NCBI GenBank assembly: GCA_964464115.1
Contig: CAYXEW010000002.1
Location: forward strand, 488-64,487
Reading direction: 5' to 3'
Length of the DNA: 64,000 nucleotides
DNA from: an uncultured Verrucomicrobiota bacterium
Lineage (GTDB): Bacteria > Verrucomicrobiota > Kiritimatiellia > CAYTQP01 > CAYXEW01
The notes beneath the pieces were generated by a model. The model was not told the origin of the DNA and searched no databases. It worked only from the letters and a program-made list of their open reading frames with translations. This document shows positions 18,983 to 30,417 of the stretch, in pieces. The stretch's first letter is position 1. Each line of letters begins with the position of its first letter. Made by a program: the position numbers and the translations under genes.

Positions 18983-19429
18983 TTATGAAAGCTCCTGAAC
19001 CGTACCGCCCGCTTGTTCAATTTTTACCCGGGCCGTTTCACTGAATCCATGCGCCGATACGGCCAACTTTTTCTCGAGGGTGCCCATCCCCAAAATCTTG
19101 ACCCGACTAATACGACCATTGACCAGACCCCGTTTACGCAGTACTTCAGGCGTCACTTCCGTGCCTTCGTCAAAGCAGTTTAGATCGGCCACGTTTACCG
19201 GCACATACTCTTTCCGTGTAAAATTGGTAAAACCGAATTTGGGAAGTCGGCGGATGAGGGGCATCTGTCCCCCTTCAAAGGTAGGTCTATAACCGCTTCC
19301 CGATCGGGCGCCCTGCCCCTTGTGGCCCCGCCCCGACGTTTTCCCCGTACCGGATGCCTCGCCGCGACCGACGCGTTTCCTTCGATGTTTAGCGCCTTCT
19401 ACTTTTCTAATTGAATGTAAATCCATCAT
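18983..19429 (-). CDS. rplO: 50S ribosomal protein L15
   Basis: 148 aa with Gly/Arg-rich N-terminus. Confidence 0.9.
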   Translation of the reverse strand: MMDLHSIRKVEGAKHRRKRVGRGEASGTGKTSGRGHKGQGARSGSGYRPTFEGGQMPLIRRLPKFGFTNFTRKEYVPVNVADLNCFDEGTEVTPEVLRKRGLVNGRISRVKILGMGTLEKKLAVSAHGFSETARVKIEQAGGTVQELS

Positions 19430-19441
19430 AAACCTCTGCTA

Positions 19442-19915
19442 TCACATGGCTCGGAGCGCTTCAACCTGTTCTCTGGTACGAAGTTGACCCAGTGCTTTCA
19501 TTGTTGCTTTTGTCACATTAATCGAACTGTTGCTGCCCATTGATTTAGCCAGAATGTCACGCACGCCTCCGAGTTCGAGTAAAACGCGGCAGGCCCCGCC
19601 CGCAATAACACCGGTACCGGGAGCCGCAGGCTTCAGCAAAACGGCCCCACCCGCATACTTTCCTGTAACTTCATGCGGGATCGTTCGCTCCGTCATGACA
19701 ATGGGCACCATGTTGCGACGGGCCAGCTCATTACCTTTGCGGATGGCATCAGCCACCTCATTGGCTTTACCCATCCCAAAGCCGACATGCCCATTGCGGT
19801 CACCCGCCACGACCAACGCGCTGAAACTAAAGCGCCGCCCCCCTTTAACTACTTTTGAGCAGCGATTAATATGTACAACGCGTTCTTCTATTTCAACCTG
19901 GTTTTTGTTTTCCAT
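19442..19915 (-). CDS. rpsE: 30S ribosomal protein S5 (directly adjacent to L15; no L30 gene between)
   Basis: 157 aa S5. Confidence 0.9.
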   Translation of the reverse strand: MENKNQVEIEERVVHINRCSKVVKGGRRFSFSALVVAGDRNGHVGFGMGKANEVADAIRKGNELARRNMVPIVMTERTIPHEVTGKYAGGAVLLKPAAPGTGVIAGGACRVLLELGGVRDILAKSMGSNSSINVTKATMKALGQLRTREQVEALRAM

Positions 19916-19940
19916 AACCTAATAATCCCTGCACCTGTTG

Positions 19941-20297
19941 TTACATCTTGAGGCCGGCTTCCCTGGCTCCCTCTGCAATCGCTTTGACGCGCCCTCCATA
20001 GCGATAGCCGCTACGATCAAATACCGCTTTTTCAACACCTTTTTCTTTGGCCACAGCGGCCACCATGGCACCCATCTTCGCAGCTTTTTCCACGTTATTG
20101 GATCCATCCACCAAATCAGCATCCTGCGTTGTCACCGATCCCAGTGTGCATGCGGAGACATCATCGATCAACTGCACATACATATGCTTGAGTGAAACGA
20201 AGACACTTAAGCGAGGACACTCTGCAGTACCGCTGATTTTTTTTCGCTGCCTCAGCTGCCGACGCTTCCTATAATCTCTTTTGGTTACGACCTTCAT
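19941..20297 (-). CDS. rplR: 50S ribosomal protein L18
   Basis: L18 core begins at MKVVTKRDYRKRRQ; the ORF extends upstream to 20432 into rplF. Confidence 0.8.
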   Translation of the reverse strand: MKVVTKRDYRKRRQLRQRKKISGTAECPRLSVFVSLKHMYVQLIDDVSACTLGSVTTQDADLVDGSNNVEKAAKMGAMVAAVAKEKGVEKAVFDRSGYRYGGRVKAIAEGAREAGLKM

Positions 20298-20298
20298 C

Positions 20299-20835
20299 TT
20301 ATGCCACCGTCTTTCCAACTTTTCTGCGTATTTTCTCGCCTTTATACTTAATGCCTTTACCTTTGTAGGGTTCAGCCTTGCAGAAGTTTCTAATGCGCGC
20401 GCTGGCGAGGCCAACGAGCTGTTTATCGACACCAGACACCTTTACATTCACACCATCTTTGCATTCAAAAGACACACCGTCCGGTGCTTCGTACTCAATA
20501 GCGTTGGCAAACCCGACATTCAGTGTAATGGTAGTACCCTGAACTTGAGCCTTATAACCCACGCCGCTAATTTCCAGTTCTTTTTGAAAACCGTTATGCA
20601 CACCCTCAATCATATTGGCGATGAGACTGCGCGCCGTACCATGCATCGCCCGCAACTGCTTCGTATCCTCTGCGCGACTGACTGTGATTTCGGATCCTTC
20701 GACCTTGACTGATATGCCGGCCGGAAGCCTCCAGGAATTTTCGCCCTTGCCACCCTTCACGTTGACCGTAGCGTCGCTCACCTCAACAGTCACGTCAGCG
20801 GGCACTTTTATTACTTGAAAACCTATTCTCGACAT
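20299..20835 (-). CDS. rplF: 50S ribosomal protein L6
   Basis: Start at MSRIGFQVIKVPADV; the ORF reaches 20874 and would overlap rpsH. Confidence 0.85.
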   Translation of the reverse strand: MSRIGFQVIKVPADVTVEVSDATVNVKGGKGENSWRLPAGISVKVEGSEITVSRAEDTKQLRAMHGTARSLIANMIEGVHNGFQKELEISGVGYKAQVQGTTITLNVGFANAIEYEAPDGVSFECKDGVNVKVSGVDKQLVGLASARIRNFCKAEPYKGKGIKYKGEKIRRKVGKTVA

Positions 20836-20858
20836 TTCAAAACTCCTGTACTGCCTGC

Positions 20859-21257
20859 TTACCAGACGTAACACATTACTTCACCACCGATATGGGCCTT
20901 GCGGGCCTCTTTATCGGTTACCATTCCCTGCGAAGTGCTCAGCACGGCCATTCCAAGGCCGCCGAGTACACGGGGCAGCTCCTCTGCATTTACAAATGTG
21001 CGGCGGCCCGGCGTACTGACTCTTTTCAAGCCCTGAATCACCGGGTCCTGATCTATGGTATACTTCATGAAAATATTCAACAGGCGTTTGCCATCGCCGC
21101 CTTCTACGGACATATCACGGATATATCCTTGCTTTTTCAGAATCCGAACAATCTCTTCCTTCATGTTCGAATGCGGAACCTGGACGACCTCTTTTCGGGC
21201 CATATTGCCATTCCGAATGCTTGTCAACATATCAGCTATAGGATCAGATACACTCAT
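20859..21257 (-). CDS. rpsH: 30S ribosomal protein S8
   Basis: 132 aa S8. Confidence 0.9.
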   Translation of the reverse strand: MSVSDPIADMLTSIRNGNMARKEVVQVPHSNMKEEIVRILKKQGYIRDMSVEGGDGKRLLNIFMKYTIDQDPVIQGLKRVSTPGRRTFVNAEELPRVLGGLGMAVLSTSQGMVTDKEARKAHIGGEVMCYVW

Positions 21258-21274
21258 TTATACACACCGTCTTT

Positions 21275-21460
21275 CTACCAGCTCGCTTTTGTTACGCCGG
21301 GTAATTTACCTTCAGAGGCCAGTTCGCGGAAACAGATTCTGCACAGTTGAAATTTCCTCATATACGCACGGGGACGGCCACAACGTTGGCAGCGGTAATA
21401 TTTTCTCGAGCTGAATCTCGGTGCCCGTTTAGCTTTTGCTATCATCGACTTCTTTGCCAT
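21275..21460 (-). CDS. rpsZ: 30S ribosomal protein S14 type Z (zinc-binding, 61 aa)
   Basis: C24/C27/C40/C43 zinc ribbon. Confidence 0.9.
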   Translation of the reverse strand: MAKKSMIAKAKRAPRFSSRKYYRCQRCGRPRAYMRKFQLCRICFRELASEGKLPGVTKASW

Positions 21461-21479
21461 ATCTCTTTCCTCAATCGTC

Positions 21480-22019
21480 TTATGCCGTAAAAGGCATTCC
21501 CAGTAATTTTAAAAGTTCAAGCGCTTCATCGTCACTCCCGGCAGAGGTCACAATGCTAATGTCCATACCATGAGTCTTTTTTACTTTGTCTGGATTAATT
21601 TCCGGAAAAATGGTCTGCTCCTGCAGTCCCAGATTATAATTTCCGGCGCCATCAAAACCCTTCGGGGATATACCCCTGAAGTCACGTATACGCGGCAGGG
21701 TGACATGAATAAGACGCTCCAGAAAGTCGTACATTCTGAGTCCGCGCAGGGTAACCTTGCAACCCACTGCCATACCTTCACGAAGTTTGAAATTCGAAAC
21801 GCTTTTCTTGGCCCGCGTAATCACTGCCTTCTGTCCTGTAATCTGACCCAGATCCTCAGCTAACTGTTTTAATTCGTCTTTATCCACCTGCGCGTTGACA
21901 CCCATATTGATCACAATTTTTTTAACGCGGGGCACCTCCATCACATTGCTGTAACCCCTCGACTTGACCAGGGATGGTGCCACTTCACTTTTATAATATT
22001 CTTTAATTCTGGAACTCAT
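21480..22019 (-). CDS. rplE: 50S ribosomal protein L5
   Basis: 179 aa L5. Confidence 0.9.
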   Translation of the reverse strand: MSSRIKEYYKSEVAPSLVKSRGYSNVMEVPRVKKIVINMGVNAQVDKDELKQLAEDLGQITGQKAVITRAKKSVSNFKLREGMAVGCKVTLRGLRMYDFLERLIHVTLPRIRDFRGISPKGFDGAGNYNLGLQEQTIFPEINPDKVKKTHGMDISIVTSAGSDDEALELLKLLGMPFTA

Positions 22020-22035
22020 AATCGACTCATAACCT

Positions 22036-22296
22036 CTATTTGCCGGATTTCTTCTCAGCTTGACTTGCCAATTTCAGGTTTGATATGTGTACAGGTGCCT
22101 CTTTTTCGACAATGCCACCCTGTGGGTTGTCCTGTGTCTTGCGCATATGCTTCTTCACCATATTGAAACCTTCCACCAAAGCCCGGCTTCGTTCAGGAAG
22201 CAATTCAATCACTTTACCCGTCTTGCGGCTTACGGCGTCATCCCCCGCAATCGCTACCACTAGATCACCTTTTTTAATGTGCGATTTCACAACCAA
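22036..22296 (-). CDS. rplX: 50S ribosomal protein L24 (KOW)
   Basis: 86 aa; shorter than typical, start may be a non-ATG codon upstream. Confidence 0.8.
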   Translation of the reverse strand: MVVKSHIKKGDLVVAIAGDDAVSRKTGKVIELLPERSRALVEGFNMVKKHMRKTQDNPQGGIVEKEAPVHISNLKLASQAEKKSGK

Positions 22297-22304
22297 CCAC
22301 CTCT

Positions 22305-22670
22305 CTAAAGCACTTCCGGTGCCAGGGATACAATCTTCATCAGGTTTTTCTCACGTAATTCGCGCGCTACAGGTCCAAAAATGCGTGTACCGCGCGGGTT
22401 ATTCTGGTCGTCCAGAATCACAACAGCATTGTGGTCAAAACGAAGAAGCGAACCATCTGCGCGGCGAATCGGGTGTCTGGTACGCACGACTACGGCGCGC
22501 AACACTTGTCCTTTTTTCACCATGCTGTGAGGCTGTGCATCCTTTACCGATACCCGTATAAAATCGCCGACATGAGCCACTTTTTTGCGCTGGCCCAGAA
22601 CGTGAATGCACATGACCTCACGAGCCCCCGTATTATCGGCCACATCTAAACATGTCTGCATTGCGATCAT
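22305..22670 (-). CDS. rplN: 50S ribosomal protein L14
   Basis: 121 aa L14. Confidence 0.9.
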   Translation of the reverse strand: MIAMQTCLDVADNTGAREVMCIHVLGQRKKVAHVGDFIRVSVKDAQPHSMVKKGQVLRAVVVRTRHPIRRADGSLLRFDHNAVVILDDQNNPRGTRIFGPVARELREKNLMKIVSLAPEVL

Positions 22671-22696
22671 GAATCAACCTCTTCCTAACAAGCCTG

Positions 22697-22963
22697 TTAA
22701 TGCTTAATAATATCCACCAGCCGCCAACGCTTGGTACGACTGAGTGGACGCGTCTCCATGACGCGAACGCGATCCCCTTTCTGGGCTTCGTTCTTTTCAT
22801 CATGGGCATGAATTTTCACTGATTTTTTTATAAACTTTCCGTACAGGGGGTGGCGTATACGGCGCTCAATCATCACCGCAATCGTTTTGTCGGCACCATT
22901 GCTGACAACGACACCCTCCCGTGTTTTCCTGGATGACCTTTTATCTGCGACTAGCTCGTTCAT
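22697..22963 (-). CDS. rpsQ: 30S ribosomal protein S17
   Basis: 88 aa S17. Confidence 0.9.
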   Translation of the reverse strand: MNELVADKRSSRKTREGVVVSNGADKTIAVMIERRIRHPLYGKFIKKSVKIHAHDEKNEAQKGDRVRVMETRPLSRTKRWRLVDIIKH

Positions 22964-23157
22964 TCGACACCCTTCTTTCGCTCATTATGAACGGTCTTCA
23001 TGCGCGCCACATCGCGACGGATTTCACGAATACGCGAAGGCTTCTCCAGCTGCCCCGCAACCGTCTGCATGCGCAAGTTGAACAGTTCTGTATTGGCGTC
23101 TGCGAGACGCTCCTGAATTTCTTCTTCTGTTAAATCTCTGATCTGGCTGGCTTTCAT
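22960..23157 (-). CDS. rpmC: 50S ribosomal protein L29
   Basis: Start at [13 protein letters not shown]; the ORF extends to 23172. Confidence 0.8.
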   Translation of the reverse strand: MKASQIRDLTEEEIQERLADANTELFNLRMQTVAGQLEKPSRIREIRRDVARMKTVHNERKKGVE

Positions 23158-23171
23158 TTTATTACACTCCA

Positions 23172-23594
23172 CTAATGGGCATGTCGCTCCACAAATTTGG
23201 TCTTCACCGGCAGCTTGGCCGCAGCCAGTCGCATGGCAACACGGGCGGCCTGATCTCCAACGCCGTCTACTTCAAAAAGCATGCTTCCGGGCTTCACGAC
23301 GGCTACCCAGCTGTCTATATTACCTTTTCCCTTACCCATTCGCACTTCCAGAGGCTTTTTAGAAATGGGTTTGTCGGGAAATATGCGAATCCATACTTTT
23401 CCCTTTCTCTTTAGTGAACGGTTGATAGCCACACGACAGGCTTCGATCTGAACACCGGTCAACCAACCCTTACCCAGCGACTGCAAGCCATACTCACCAA
23501 ATGCAATCGTATTGCCGGAGGTCGCATCGCCCTTCATTTTACCGCGCTGCTGTTTGCGGTATTTTACTCTTTTAGGCATAAGAGGCATGGGCAC
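23172..23594 (-). CDS. rplP: 50S ribosomal protein L16
   Basis: 140 aa L16. Confidence 0.9.
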   Translation of the reverse strand: MPMPLMPKRVKYRKQQRGKMKGDATSGNTIAFGEYGLQSLGKGWLTGVQIEACRVAINRSLKRKGKVWIRIFPDKPISKKPLEVRMGKGKGNIDSWVAVVKPGSMLFEVDGVGDQAARVAMRLAAAKLPVKTKFVERHAH

Positions 23595-24237
23595 GCTCCT
23601 TCTTCACCGCGGCTTCATCCGCATCTCGACAAATCCATACTTTTACACCGATTTTTCCCGCCAGTGTATTAGCTTCAATAAAACCGTATTCGACATTGGC
23701 TCGCAAGGTATGCAAGGGCACCTTGCCCTCTTTATAGCTTTCAGTCCTAGCCAGTTCAGACCCACCGAGACGACCGGAGAGCTGTATGCGAATACCTTGG
23801 GCGCCGTTTTCCATCGCCAGCGATACCTGTCGTTTCATGGCGCGTCGGAACGATACGCGCCGCTCCAGCTGCAGTGCGATATTCTCAGCAACGAGCTGCG
23901 CATTTGTATCCGCATTCTTAACCTCACGGATTTCTATATAGATTTCCTTGCCCGTCATTCTGGATATTTCTTCACGAAGCTTTTCTATATCGGAACCCTT
24001 GCGGCCGATGACGACCCCGGGACGCGCTGTATGGACCGTAATTCTGGCACGATTAGCATACCGCTCAATCGTAATATCCGGAACGGCAGCATCTTTAAGC
24101 CGCTCTTTTACGATATCGCGAATTTTCAAGTCTTCGTGAAGCAGAGTGCCGTAATGCTTTTTTTCAGCAAACCAGCGCGAACGCCAGTTCTTATTGACGG
24201 TCACCCTCAGCCCAATTGGATTAATTTTCTGACCCAA
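23572..24237 (-). CDS. rpsC: 30S ribosomal protein S3
   Basis: 221 aa with KH domain. Confidence 0.9.
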   Translation of the reverse strand: MGQKINPIGLRVTVNKNWRSRWFAEKKHYGTLLHEDLKIRDIVKERLKDAAVPDITIERYANRARITVHTARPGVVIGRKGSDIEKLREEISRMTGKEIYIEIREVKNADTNAQLVAENIALQLERRVSFRRAMKRQVSLAMENGAQGIRIQLSGRLGGSELARTESYKEGKVPLHTLRANVEYGFIEANTLAGKIGVKVWICRDADEAAVKKERAHASYA

Positions 24238-24258
24238 AACAGTCTCCTTTCAACGCTA

Positions 24259-24609
24259 CTACTCGGCAGCTGAAATCTGCTGATCGCTCAATGTTATTTT
24301 AATATGACTCATTTTTCTCTGAATAGGGCTCACCATACCGCGAGCTCTGGGCCAGTACCTTTTCATGATGGGGCCCCGATTGACGACGGCCTCCTTCACC
24401 ATCAGCGTCTCCGCTGACAATCCGGCATTATTCTCTGCATTGGCCACCGCTGACTTCAGTGTTTTACCTATCAGGACTCCGGCCTTCCTTTTATTAAAGG
24501 CCGTTATATTGAGAGCTTCCTGAACCCGCTTTCCCTGAATAGCGCGAGCCAGATCCCGTATCTTTGTCGGTGACACTCTCACAAATTTTGTTGTTGCAGA
24601 CACATCCAT
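24259..24609 (-). CDS. rplV: 50S ribosomal protein L22
   Basis: 116 aa L22. Confidence 0.9.
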   Translation of the reverse strand: MDVSATTKFVRVSPTKIRDLARAIQGKRVQEALNITAFNKRKAGVLIGKTLKSAVANAENNAGLSAETLMVKEAVVNRGPIMKRYWPRARGMVSPIQRKMSHIKITLSDQQISAAE

Positions 24610-24613
24610 TTTT

Positions 24614-25234
24614 TCAATGCCCTTCCTTCAACCCTAATACGGCCCGATCTTCTTTATCGGGCCACTGATCACTATATAAACTCTCAATAACAGCACCGGA
24701 TATTCGTTCCCGGACATCGACGACCCGCGCCGTTCCCAGCACCCTGCTGTCATGCAACAAGGTATACGTCAATCCGGGCTTTACACCCCGGTCCCGGCCA
24801 GCCCGCAATACAATCAGCGAAAGAGGCTTATTCACCGCTATAATGCTAACCCTGTCGGGCACCACAGAATCGTCATAAAAGTGCTTAACTTTTTCCAATT
24901 CAAGCACTTCCATTTTTTCAGCGAGCTGATTTCGCTCCCATTCCACTTTAACCAGAGAAACGTGTACTTTACGCAGTTGATTATTTAATTCCAGTATTTC
25001 TTTCGTTTTTTTTTCACGCTCTTCAGATAAGACCGCAATCAGCCTCTCAGATTCCCTCCATTCAGCAACGGAAGGCCTTTCATCTGCTCTATGATCAGCT
25101 ACTGTATTCGTACTGCCGCTGTTATTACCATTCAAAGAACGCTGCTCACAGCCCACAAAAAAGGCTGACAGCAGCACTATTAAAAAGAAGCCGGTCCCCG
25201 TATACAACCACAGCGGGTAATAGCGACCCTTCAA
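24614..25234 (-). CDS. Hypothetical lipoprotein (signal peptide with lipobox-like FVGC, coiled-coil, C-terminal beta-rich domain) embedded in the S10 operon between rpsS and rplV
   Basis: 206-aa ORF on the same strand. 14 nt after the rpsS stop and 4 nt before the rplV start. No ribosomal-protein features. Confidence 0.6.
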   Translation of the reverse strand: MKGRYYPLWLYTGTGFFLIVLLSAFFVGCEQRSLNGNNSGSTNTVADHRADERPSVAEWRESERLIAVLSEEREKKTKEILELNNQLRKVHVSLVKVEWERNQLAEKMEVLELEKVKHFYDDSVVPDRVSIIAVNKPLSLIVLRAGRDRGVKPGLTYTLLHDSRVLGTARVVDVRERISGAVIESLYSDQWPDKEDRAVLGLKEGH

Positions 25235-25247
25235 TGTATACCACCCG

Positions 25248-25532
25248 TTATTTCAGTGCGATGGTTTTATCCGTTACAGCTCCATGCCTTCTAAAGGCAC
25301 GGGTCGGAGAAAACTCTCCAAGGCGGTGACCCACCATATTTTCCGTAACAAACACATTTACAAAAACCTTCCCGTTATGCACGGCAAAGGTGTGCCCGAC
25401 AAAGTCAGGCGTTATCATAGAACGACGAGACCATGTTTTAATCGTCTGCCGCTTGATTTCTGCATTCATTTTGTCAACTTTCTTCTGCAGTTTTTCGTCG
25501 ACAAAAGGGCCTTTTTTAATGGATCGTGCCAT
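25248..25532 (-). CDS. rpsS: 30S ribosomal protein S19
   Basis: 94 aa S19. Confidence 0.9.
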   Translation of the reverse strand: MARSIKKGPFVDEKLQKKVDKMNAEIKRQTIKTWSRRSMITPDFVGHTFAVHNGKVFVNVFVTENMVGHRLGEFSPTRAFRRHGAVTDKTIALK

Positions 25533-25535
25533 CGG

Positions 25536-26360
25536 TTACTTCCTCCGCTGAACAATAAATTTAGTAGAACTTTTTCGCTTACTGCGCGTTTTCTTACCTT
25601 TGGCCAGCTGGCCCCAGGGTGACTGGGGATGCCCCCCGCCCGATGAGCGCCCTTCACCACCACCCATTGGGTGATCGACCGGATTCATTGCCACTCCGCG
25701 CACCGTCGGACGCACACCCTTCCAACGTTTGCGGCCTGCTTTTCCGCTCACGACATTCTCGTGCTCAATATTTCCCACCTGACCGATCGTCGCATAGCAC
25801 TTCACATTGACCATGCGAATTTCGCCGGAAGGCAATTTAATGTTAGCATAGCCGGCGTCGCGTGACATCAGACGCGCGGACTGGCCTGCTGAGCGAACCA
25901 TCTTGGCGCCACGGCCTGGCTGAAGCTCGAGATTGTGAATCTGCATCCCGAGCGGAATGTTATCGAGTAGCAATGCATTACCCACTGTGGGCTCAACATT
26001 TTCTCCAGACTTTACAACCTGACCCTTTTTCAAACCGACCGGTGCAATGATATAACGTTTTTCACCATCCTTGTAGTGAAGCAATGCGATATTGGCGGAT
26101 CGGTTCGGATCATACTCTATGCCCGCCACGGTAGCTTCAATCTCGTATTTATCGCGCTTGAAATCTATTTGACGGTAGTGACGTTTATGCCCGCCTCCGC
26201 GGTGACGGACGGTTATACGTCCAGCTGAATTGCGCCCGGACCCCGTTTTTTTAGATTTCGTCAGTGATTTTTCAGGTTTATCTTTTGTTATTTCATCAAA
26301 GGACGGCAACTCCATGAAGCGCCGGCTGGCCGTTGTTGGTCTGTGTTTCTTTAAAGCCAT
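25536..26360 (-). CDS. rplB: 50S ribosomal protein L2
   Basis: 274 aa L2. Confidence 0.95.
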   Translation of the reverse strand: MALKKHRPTTASRRFMELPSFDEITKDKPEKSLTKSKKTGSGRNSAGRITVRHRGGGHKRHYRQIDFKRDKYEIEATVAGIEYDPNRSANIALLHYKDGEKRYIIAPVGLKKGQVVKSGENVEPTVGNALLLDNIPLGMQIHNLELQPGRGAKMVRSAGQSARLMSRDAGYANIKLPSGEIRMVNVKCYATIGQVGNIEHENVVSGKAGRKRWKGVRPTVRGVAMNPVDHPMGGGEGRSSGGGHPQSPWGQLAKGKKTRSKRKSSTKFIVQRRK

Positions 26361-26372
26361 AATTCTAACCCC

Positions 26373-26657
26373 TTACGCCAGATCAATGCTCTGACCTTCC
26401 TGCACTGTTACAACCGCTTTTTTCCAGGCTGCCGTTCGACCATACTGCATGCTTCGACTGCGTTTTTTCTTACCCGGATGATTCATGGTTCGAACACTTT
26501 CAACATTCACGCCGAAAAGTGCTTCAACAGCTGTTTTTATTTCAACCTTGTTCGCGGACGGATCTACTTTGAAAAAATACTGATTATCCGTTTCTGTTAA
26601 TCGAGTACCTTTTTCCGTCAATAAAATATTTTTTACTACCTGGTGTGCTTGTTTCAT
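26373..26657 (-). CDS. rplW: 50S ribosomal protein L23
   Basis: 94 aa L23. Confidence 0.9.
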   Translation of the reverse strand: MKQAHQVVKNILLTEKGTRLTETDNQYFFKVDPSANKVEIKTAVEALFGVNVESVRTMNHPGKKKRSRSMQYGRTAAWKKAVVTVQEGQSIDLA

Positions 26658-27301
26658 CGCTCACTCCTTCCAGCCGGAGGAACCAGCCGGGTTTTCAGCT
26701 TTTCCATACCCTCTTGTGTTACGTAAATAGAGGCATAACGCATCAGGTCATACGTGCACACGTTTTCCGCTGTACAAACGGATGTTTTGGGCAGATTCCG
26801 AACAGCCAGGAGAAGATTTTCATCAGCTCCCGCCACAATAAAGAGCGTTGATTTTTCAGCCCCCAGACTATTCATTACCGCTTTCATGAGACGAGTCTTG
26901 GGTTCCTGAAAAGACAGCTCTTCGAGCATCTCTACCGCGCCTGCAGCCACCTTTTCGCTGAAAGCCCTGCGGAACGCCAGCCGCGCTACTTTTTTCTGCA
27001 TGCGACCACCAAAATCTCTGGGATGCGGGCCAAAAGCCACACCTCCACCACGCCAAATCGGAGACGCTTTAGTACCCGATCTAGCCCGGCCCAATCCTTT
27101 CTGGCGCCAAGGTTTTGAACCCGTACACCGAACTTCCGATCTTGTTTTTGTCGAGGCGGTACCGGTCCTTTGATTATTGCGATACTGAATGACCGCCTCG
27201 TGCACGGCCGCCATGCCCTTGTCATATACTAACAGCCCGTCGGCGACCTCATATTCACCGACCTGTTTACCCTGCATATTTTTAATTGGTATCTTACTCA
27301 T
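26654..27301 (-). CDS. rplD: 50S ribosomal protein L4
   Basis: 215 aa L4. Confidence 0.9.
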   Translation of the reverse strand: MSKIPIKNMQGKQVGEYEVADGLLVYDKGMAAVHEAVIQYRNNQRTGTASTKTRSEVRCTGSKPWRQKGLGRARSGTKASPIWRGGGVAFGPHPRDFGGRMQKKVARLAFRRAFSEKVAAGAVEMLEELSFQEPKTRLMKAVMNSLGAEKSTLFIVAGADENLLLAVRNLPKTSVCTAENVCTYDLMRYASIYVTQEGMEKLKTRLVPPAGRSER

Positions 27302-27305
27302 GATG

Positions 27306-27941
27306 TTAGCCGTTCTTCTTTAATGCTTTTCTCACCATAACGATGCCACCCTGGGGACCCGGTACAGCGCCTTCAACCAGGATCACATTATCCTCTTTGC
27401 GCACTTGTACCACGGGCAGGTTCTGGGTTGTAACCTTGCGGTTACCCATTTGTCCCGGCATCTTTTTGTTTTTAAATACTCTTGCTGGAAACTCACACTG
27501 GCCGATAGAACCGACTTTACGCAAATTCTTTGATCCATGCGTGGCGCGGCCACCGGCCATCTTCCAGCGTTTGACAACGCCCTGAAAACCACGGCCCTTC
27601 GTCAAACCCTGCACATCTACATAAGCCGCACCTTCGAAAATGTCAGCGCCTATCGTAGCACCCGCCTCGGGAATTTCTTCACCTTGATCCGCTCGCACCT
27701 CCCTCAAGATACGTTTTGCGGGTGCTTTGGCCTTCGCAAAATGACCCCGGCGGGCTTTGTTGAGACGGCGCTCCTTCTGGTCTTCAAAGCCAAGCTGTAC
27801 CGCATTATACCCATCTCTGCCTTCTGTTTTACACTGTACAACGACACAAGGGCCGGTCTGTATAGCCGTCACAGCTATTTGGCGTCCCTCTTCATTAAAC
27901 ACCTGTGTCATTCCAATTTTTTTTCCGATCAATGCCTTCAT
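27306..27941 (-). CDS. rplC: 50S ribosomal protein L3
   Basis: 211 aa L3. Confidence 0.9.
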   Translation of the reverse strand: MKALIGKKIGMTQVFNEEGRQIAVTAIQTGPCVVVQCKTEGRDGYNAVQLGFEDQKERRLNKARRGHFAKAKAPAKRILREVRADQGEEIPEAGATIGADIFEGAAYVDVQGLTKGRGFQGVVKRWKMAGGRATHGSKNLRKVGSIGQCEFPARVFKNKKMPGQMGNRKVTTQNLPVVQVRKEDNVILVEGAVPGPQGGIVMVRKALKKNG

Positions 27942-27952
27942 TTCTCTGTCCT

Positions 27953-28261
27953 CTAGATTTTAATCGTGATATCCACTCCGGCCGGAAGATTCAGCTTCTT
28001 CAGCTCATCTACTGTTTTGGCCGTCGGATTAATAATATCCAGCATCCTCTTGTGTGTACGGATTTCAAACTGCTCCATACTCTTCTTGTTGACAAACGGG
28101 CTGCGATTCACGCTGTAACGCTCAATACGCGTTGGCAAAGGCGTGGGGCCTGCCACGCGAGCCCCAGTCCGCTTAGCGGTTTCTACAATGTCAGATGTCG
28201 ACTGGTCAAGCACCCTGTGATCATATGCTTTCAAACGTATACGGATCTTCTGCCCATTCAT
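27953..28261 (-). CDS. rpsJ: 30S ribosomal protein S10
   Basis: 102 aa S10, directly downstream of fusA with no tuf between. Confidence 0.9.
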   Translation of the reverse strand: MNGQKIRIRLKAYDHRVLDQSTSDIVETAKRTGARVAGPTPLPTRIERYSVNRSPFVNKKSMEQFEIRTHKRMLDIINPTAKTVDELKKLNLPAGVDITIKI

Positions 28262-28273
28262 ATCTTCATATCC

Positions 28274-30346
28274 TCATCGATTCATAATAGCCGTCTGTAT
28301 AGCTTCCGGCACTTGTTCAAACAATATTGGTTCCATCGAATAGCTGGCGCGGCCTTTAGTTAATGAACGCAACGCCGTCGCATATCCAAACATTTCAGAG
28401 AGTGGTACGTCGGCGCGCACGACTTTGGCCGACTCCATAGCTTCCATATGCTTCACGCGGCCACGACGACTGTTGATGTCGCCCATAATATCGCCCATGT
28501 GCTCTTCTGGTGTGATAATTTCAAGGGCCATAATTGGCTCTAGAATAGCGGGCTTCGCCTGTTTGCAGGCTTCACGAACGGCCATGACGGCCGCGCTCCT
28601 GAAAGCGACATCGGTGGAATCAACCGGGTGATACCGCCCACCGGTAATACGCACGTCCACATCAGAAAGCATGTAATTGGCCAACACGCCCGTCATCAGG
28701 GCGTCGCGTGCGCCCTCTTCTACAGATGAAACAAACTCGTGTGGAATCTGGTCAGGGCGGGCTTTCACGCAAATGACGTTGCCCGTCCCCCTCTCGCGAG
28801 GCACGACGCTCACCTCAACTTCAGCAAACTGACCCCGACCGGCAATTTCCCGATCAAACGTGTGCGTAGCACTAGCCGCGCCCGTTACCGTCTCACGATA
28901 AGCCACCATCGGTTTGCCGGCATTGGCCTGCACTTTAAATTCCCGGAACATGCGGTCTTTAATGATTTCGAGATGCAACTCACCCATCCCGCTGACAATC
29001 GTCTGACCGGTATCTTCATCGTGATGCACTTTAAATGTTGGATCTTCTTCAGAGAGGGACTGTAGCGAAGTGGCCAGCGCTTCGCGGTCTGCGGAACTCT
29101 TGGGCTCAATGGCCATGGATATAACTGGATCGGGAAATTCGATGTTTTCCAAAACGATTGGCTTATTCTCAAAACAGAGTGTGTCACCAGTTGTGACATT
29201 CTTAAACCCGGGTATTCCCCCAATTTCACCCGCGAACAGCCTGTCAACCTCTTCGCGGTGATTCGCATGCAACAGTACAATTTTACTAACGCGCTCCCGT
29301 TTCCCGGTACGGGGATTATAGACGTTCTTCCCTTTTTCCAGACACCCCGAATAAACGCGGACAAACGTCAGTTTACCCATATACGTGTCGGAAGCCACCT
29401 TGAAAGCCAGCGAGCTCAGCGGCTCATCATCACTGGTTATGCGCGTCTCCACTTCATCTGTTTTAGGGTGTTTACCTTGGACGGCAGCCACTTCAACCGG
29501 CGCAGGAAGATAATCGACCACGGCGTCAATCAACGGCTGGATTCCTTTATTCTTGAGCGCGGAACCGCAAAGTACCGGCACGATAGCGCTCTGAATGACA
29601 AGCCTGCGTATGCCGGCCTTGAGTAGCGCGATATCCACTTCCGGTGAATCCAGGTAAGCCTCCATGACGGCATCATCTTTTTCAGCGATGGCTTCTACCA
29701 TCTCCGCACGCGCTTTTTCGGCAGCCGCCGCCAGCTCTCGGGGAATCTCGACGGGCTCTACTCTGGCCCCGAGGGATGTCTCATCAAATTGGAGAGCCTG
29801 CATCGTTATGAGATCAATGACACCGTTGAAATCGTCCTCACTGCCCCATGGAATCTGAATAGCAACGGCCGGCGCCGCCAGTTTTGAGCGCATCTGCTCG
29901 ATCACGCGATCAAAGGAAGCACCTAGGCGATCCATTTTATTGACAAAAGCGATACATGGAACATGGTATTTGCGGGCCTGACGCCACACGGTTTCGGACT
30001 GAGGCTGAACGCCGCCGACTCCGCAAAAAACGCCGACCGTCCCATCCAGTACGCGTAGGGATCGTTCAACTTCAACGGTAAAATCGACATGGCCCGGTGT
30101 ATCGATGAGGTTGATCTGATGGTGCTTCCATGTACATGTGGTGGCGGCACTCGTGATGGTTATACCGCGCTCCTGCTCCTGCGCCATCCAGTCCATCGTA
30201 GCACTGCCATCATGAACTTCGCCCATTTTATGGACTTTACCGCTGTAAAACAAAATCCGTTCACTGACGGTGGTCTTACCGGCGTCAATGTGTGCCATGA
30301 TACCCATATTACGAGTCTGAAGCAGAGAGCAACGGCGACCCGGCAT
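28274..30346 (-). CDS. fusA: Elongation factor G
   Basis: [13 protein letters not shown]1 motif. Start placed at [16 protein letters not shown] by alignment to EF-G N-termini; the ORF extends to 30406. Confidence 0.9.
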   Translation of the reverse strand: MPGRRCSLLQTRNMGIMAHIDAGKTTVSERILFYSGKVHKMGEVHDGSATMDWMAQEQERGITITSAATTCTWKHHQINLIDTPGHVDFTVEVERSLRVLDGTVGVFCGVGGVQPQSETVWRQARKYHVPCIAFVNKMDRLGASFDRVIEQMRSKLAAPAVAIQIPWGSEDDFNGVIDLITMQALQFDETSLGARVEPVEIPRELAAAAEKARAEMVEAIAEKDDAVMEAYLDSPEVDIALLKAGIRRLVIQSAIVPVLCGSALKNKGIQPLIDAVVDYLPAPVEVAAVQGKHPKTDEVETRITSDDEPLSSLAFKVASDTYMGKLTFVRVYSGCLEKGKNVYNPRTGKRERVSKIVLLHANHREEVDRLFAGEIGGIPGFKNVTTGDTLCFENKPIVLENIEFPDPVISMAIEPKSSADREALATSLQSLSEEDPTFKVHHDEDTGQTIVSGMGELHLEIIKDRMFREFKVQANAGKPMVAYRETVTGAASATHTFDREIAGRGQFAEVEVSVVPRERGTGNVICVKARPDQIPHEFVSSVEEGARDALMTGVLANYMLSDVDVRITGGRYHPVDSTDVAFRSAAVMAVREACKQAKPAILEPIMALEIITPEEHMGDIMGDINSRRGRVKHMEAMESAKVVRADVPLSEMFGYATALRSLTKGRASYSMEPILFEQVPEAIQTAIMNR

Positions 30347-30417
30347 CTCACACCGGGACTCTTCTTTGCTATTCTTTTTATCAGACTGTTTCACGGCTAC
30401 GGTCATAACGGCTATTT

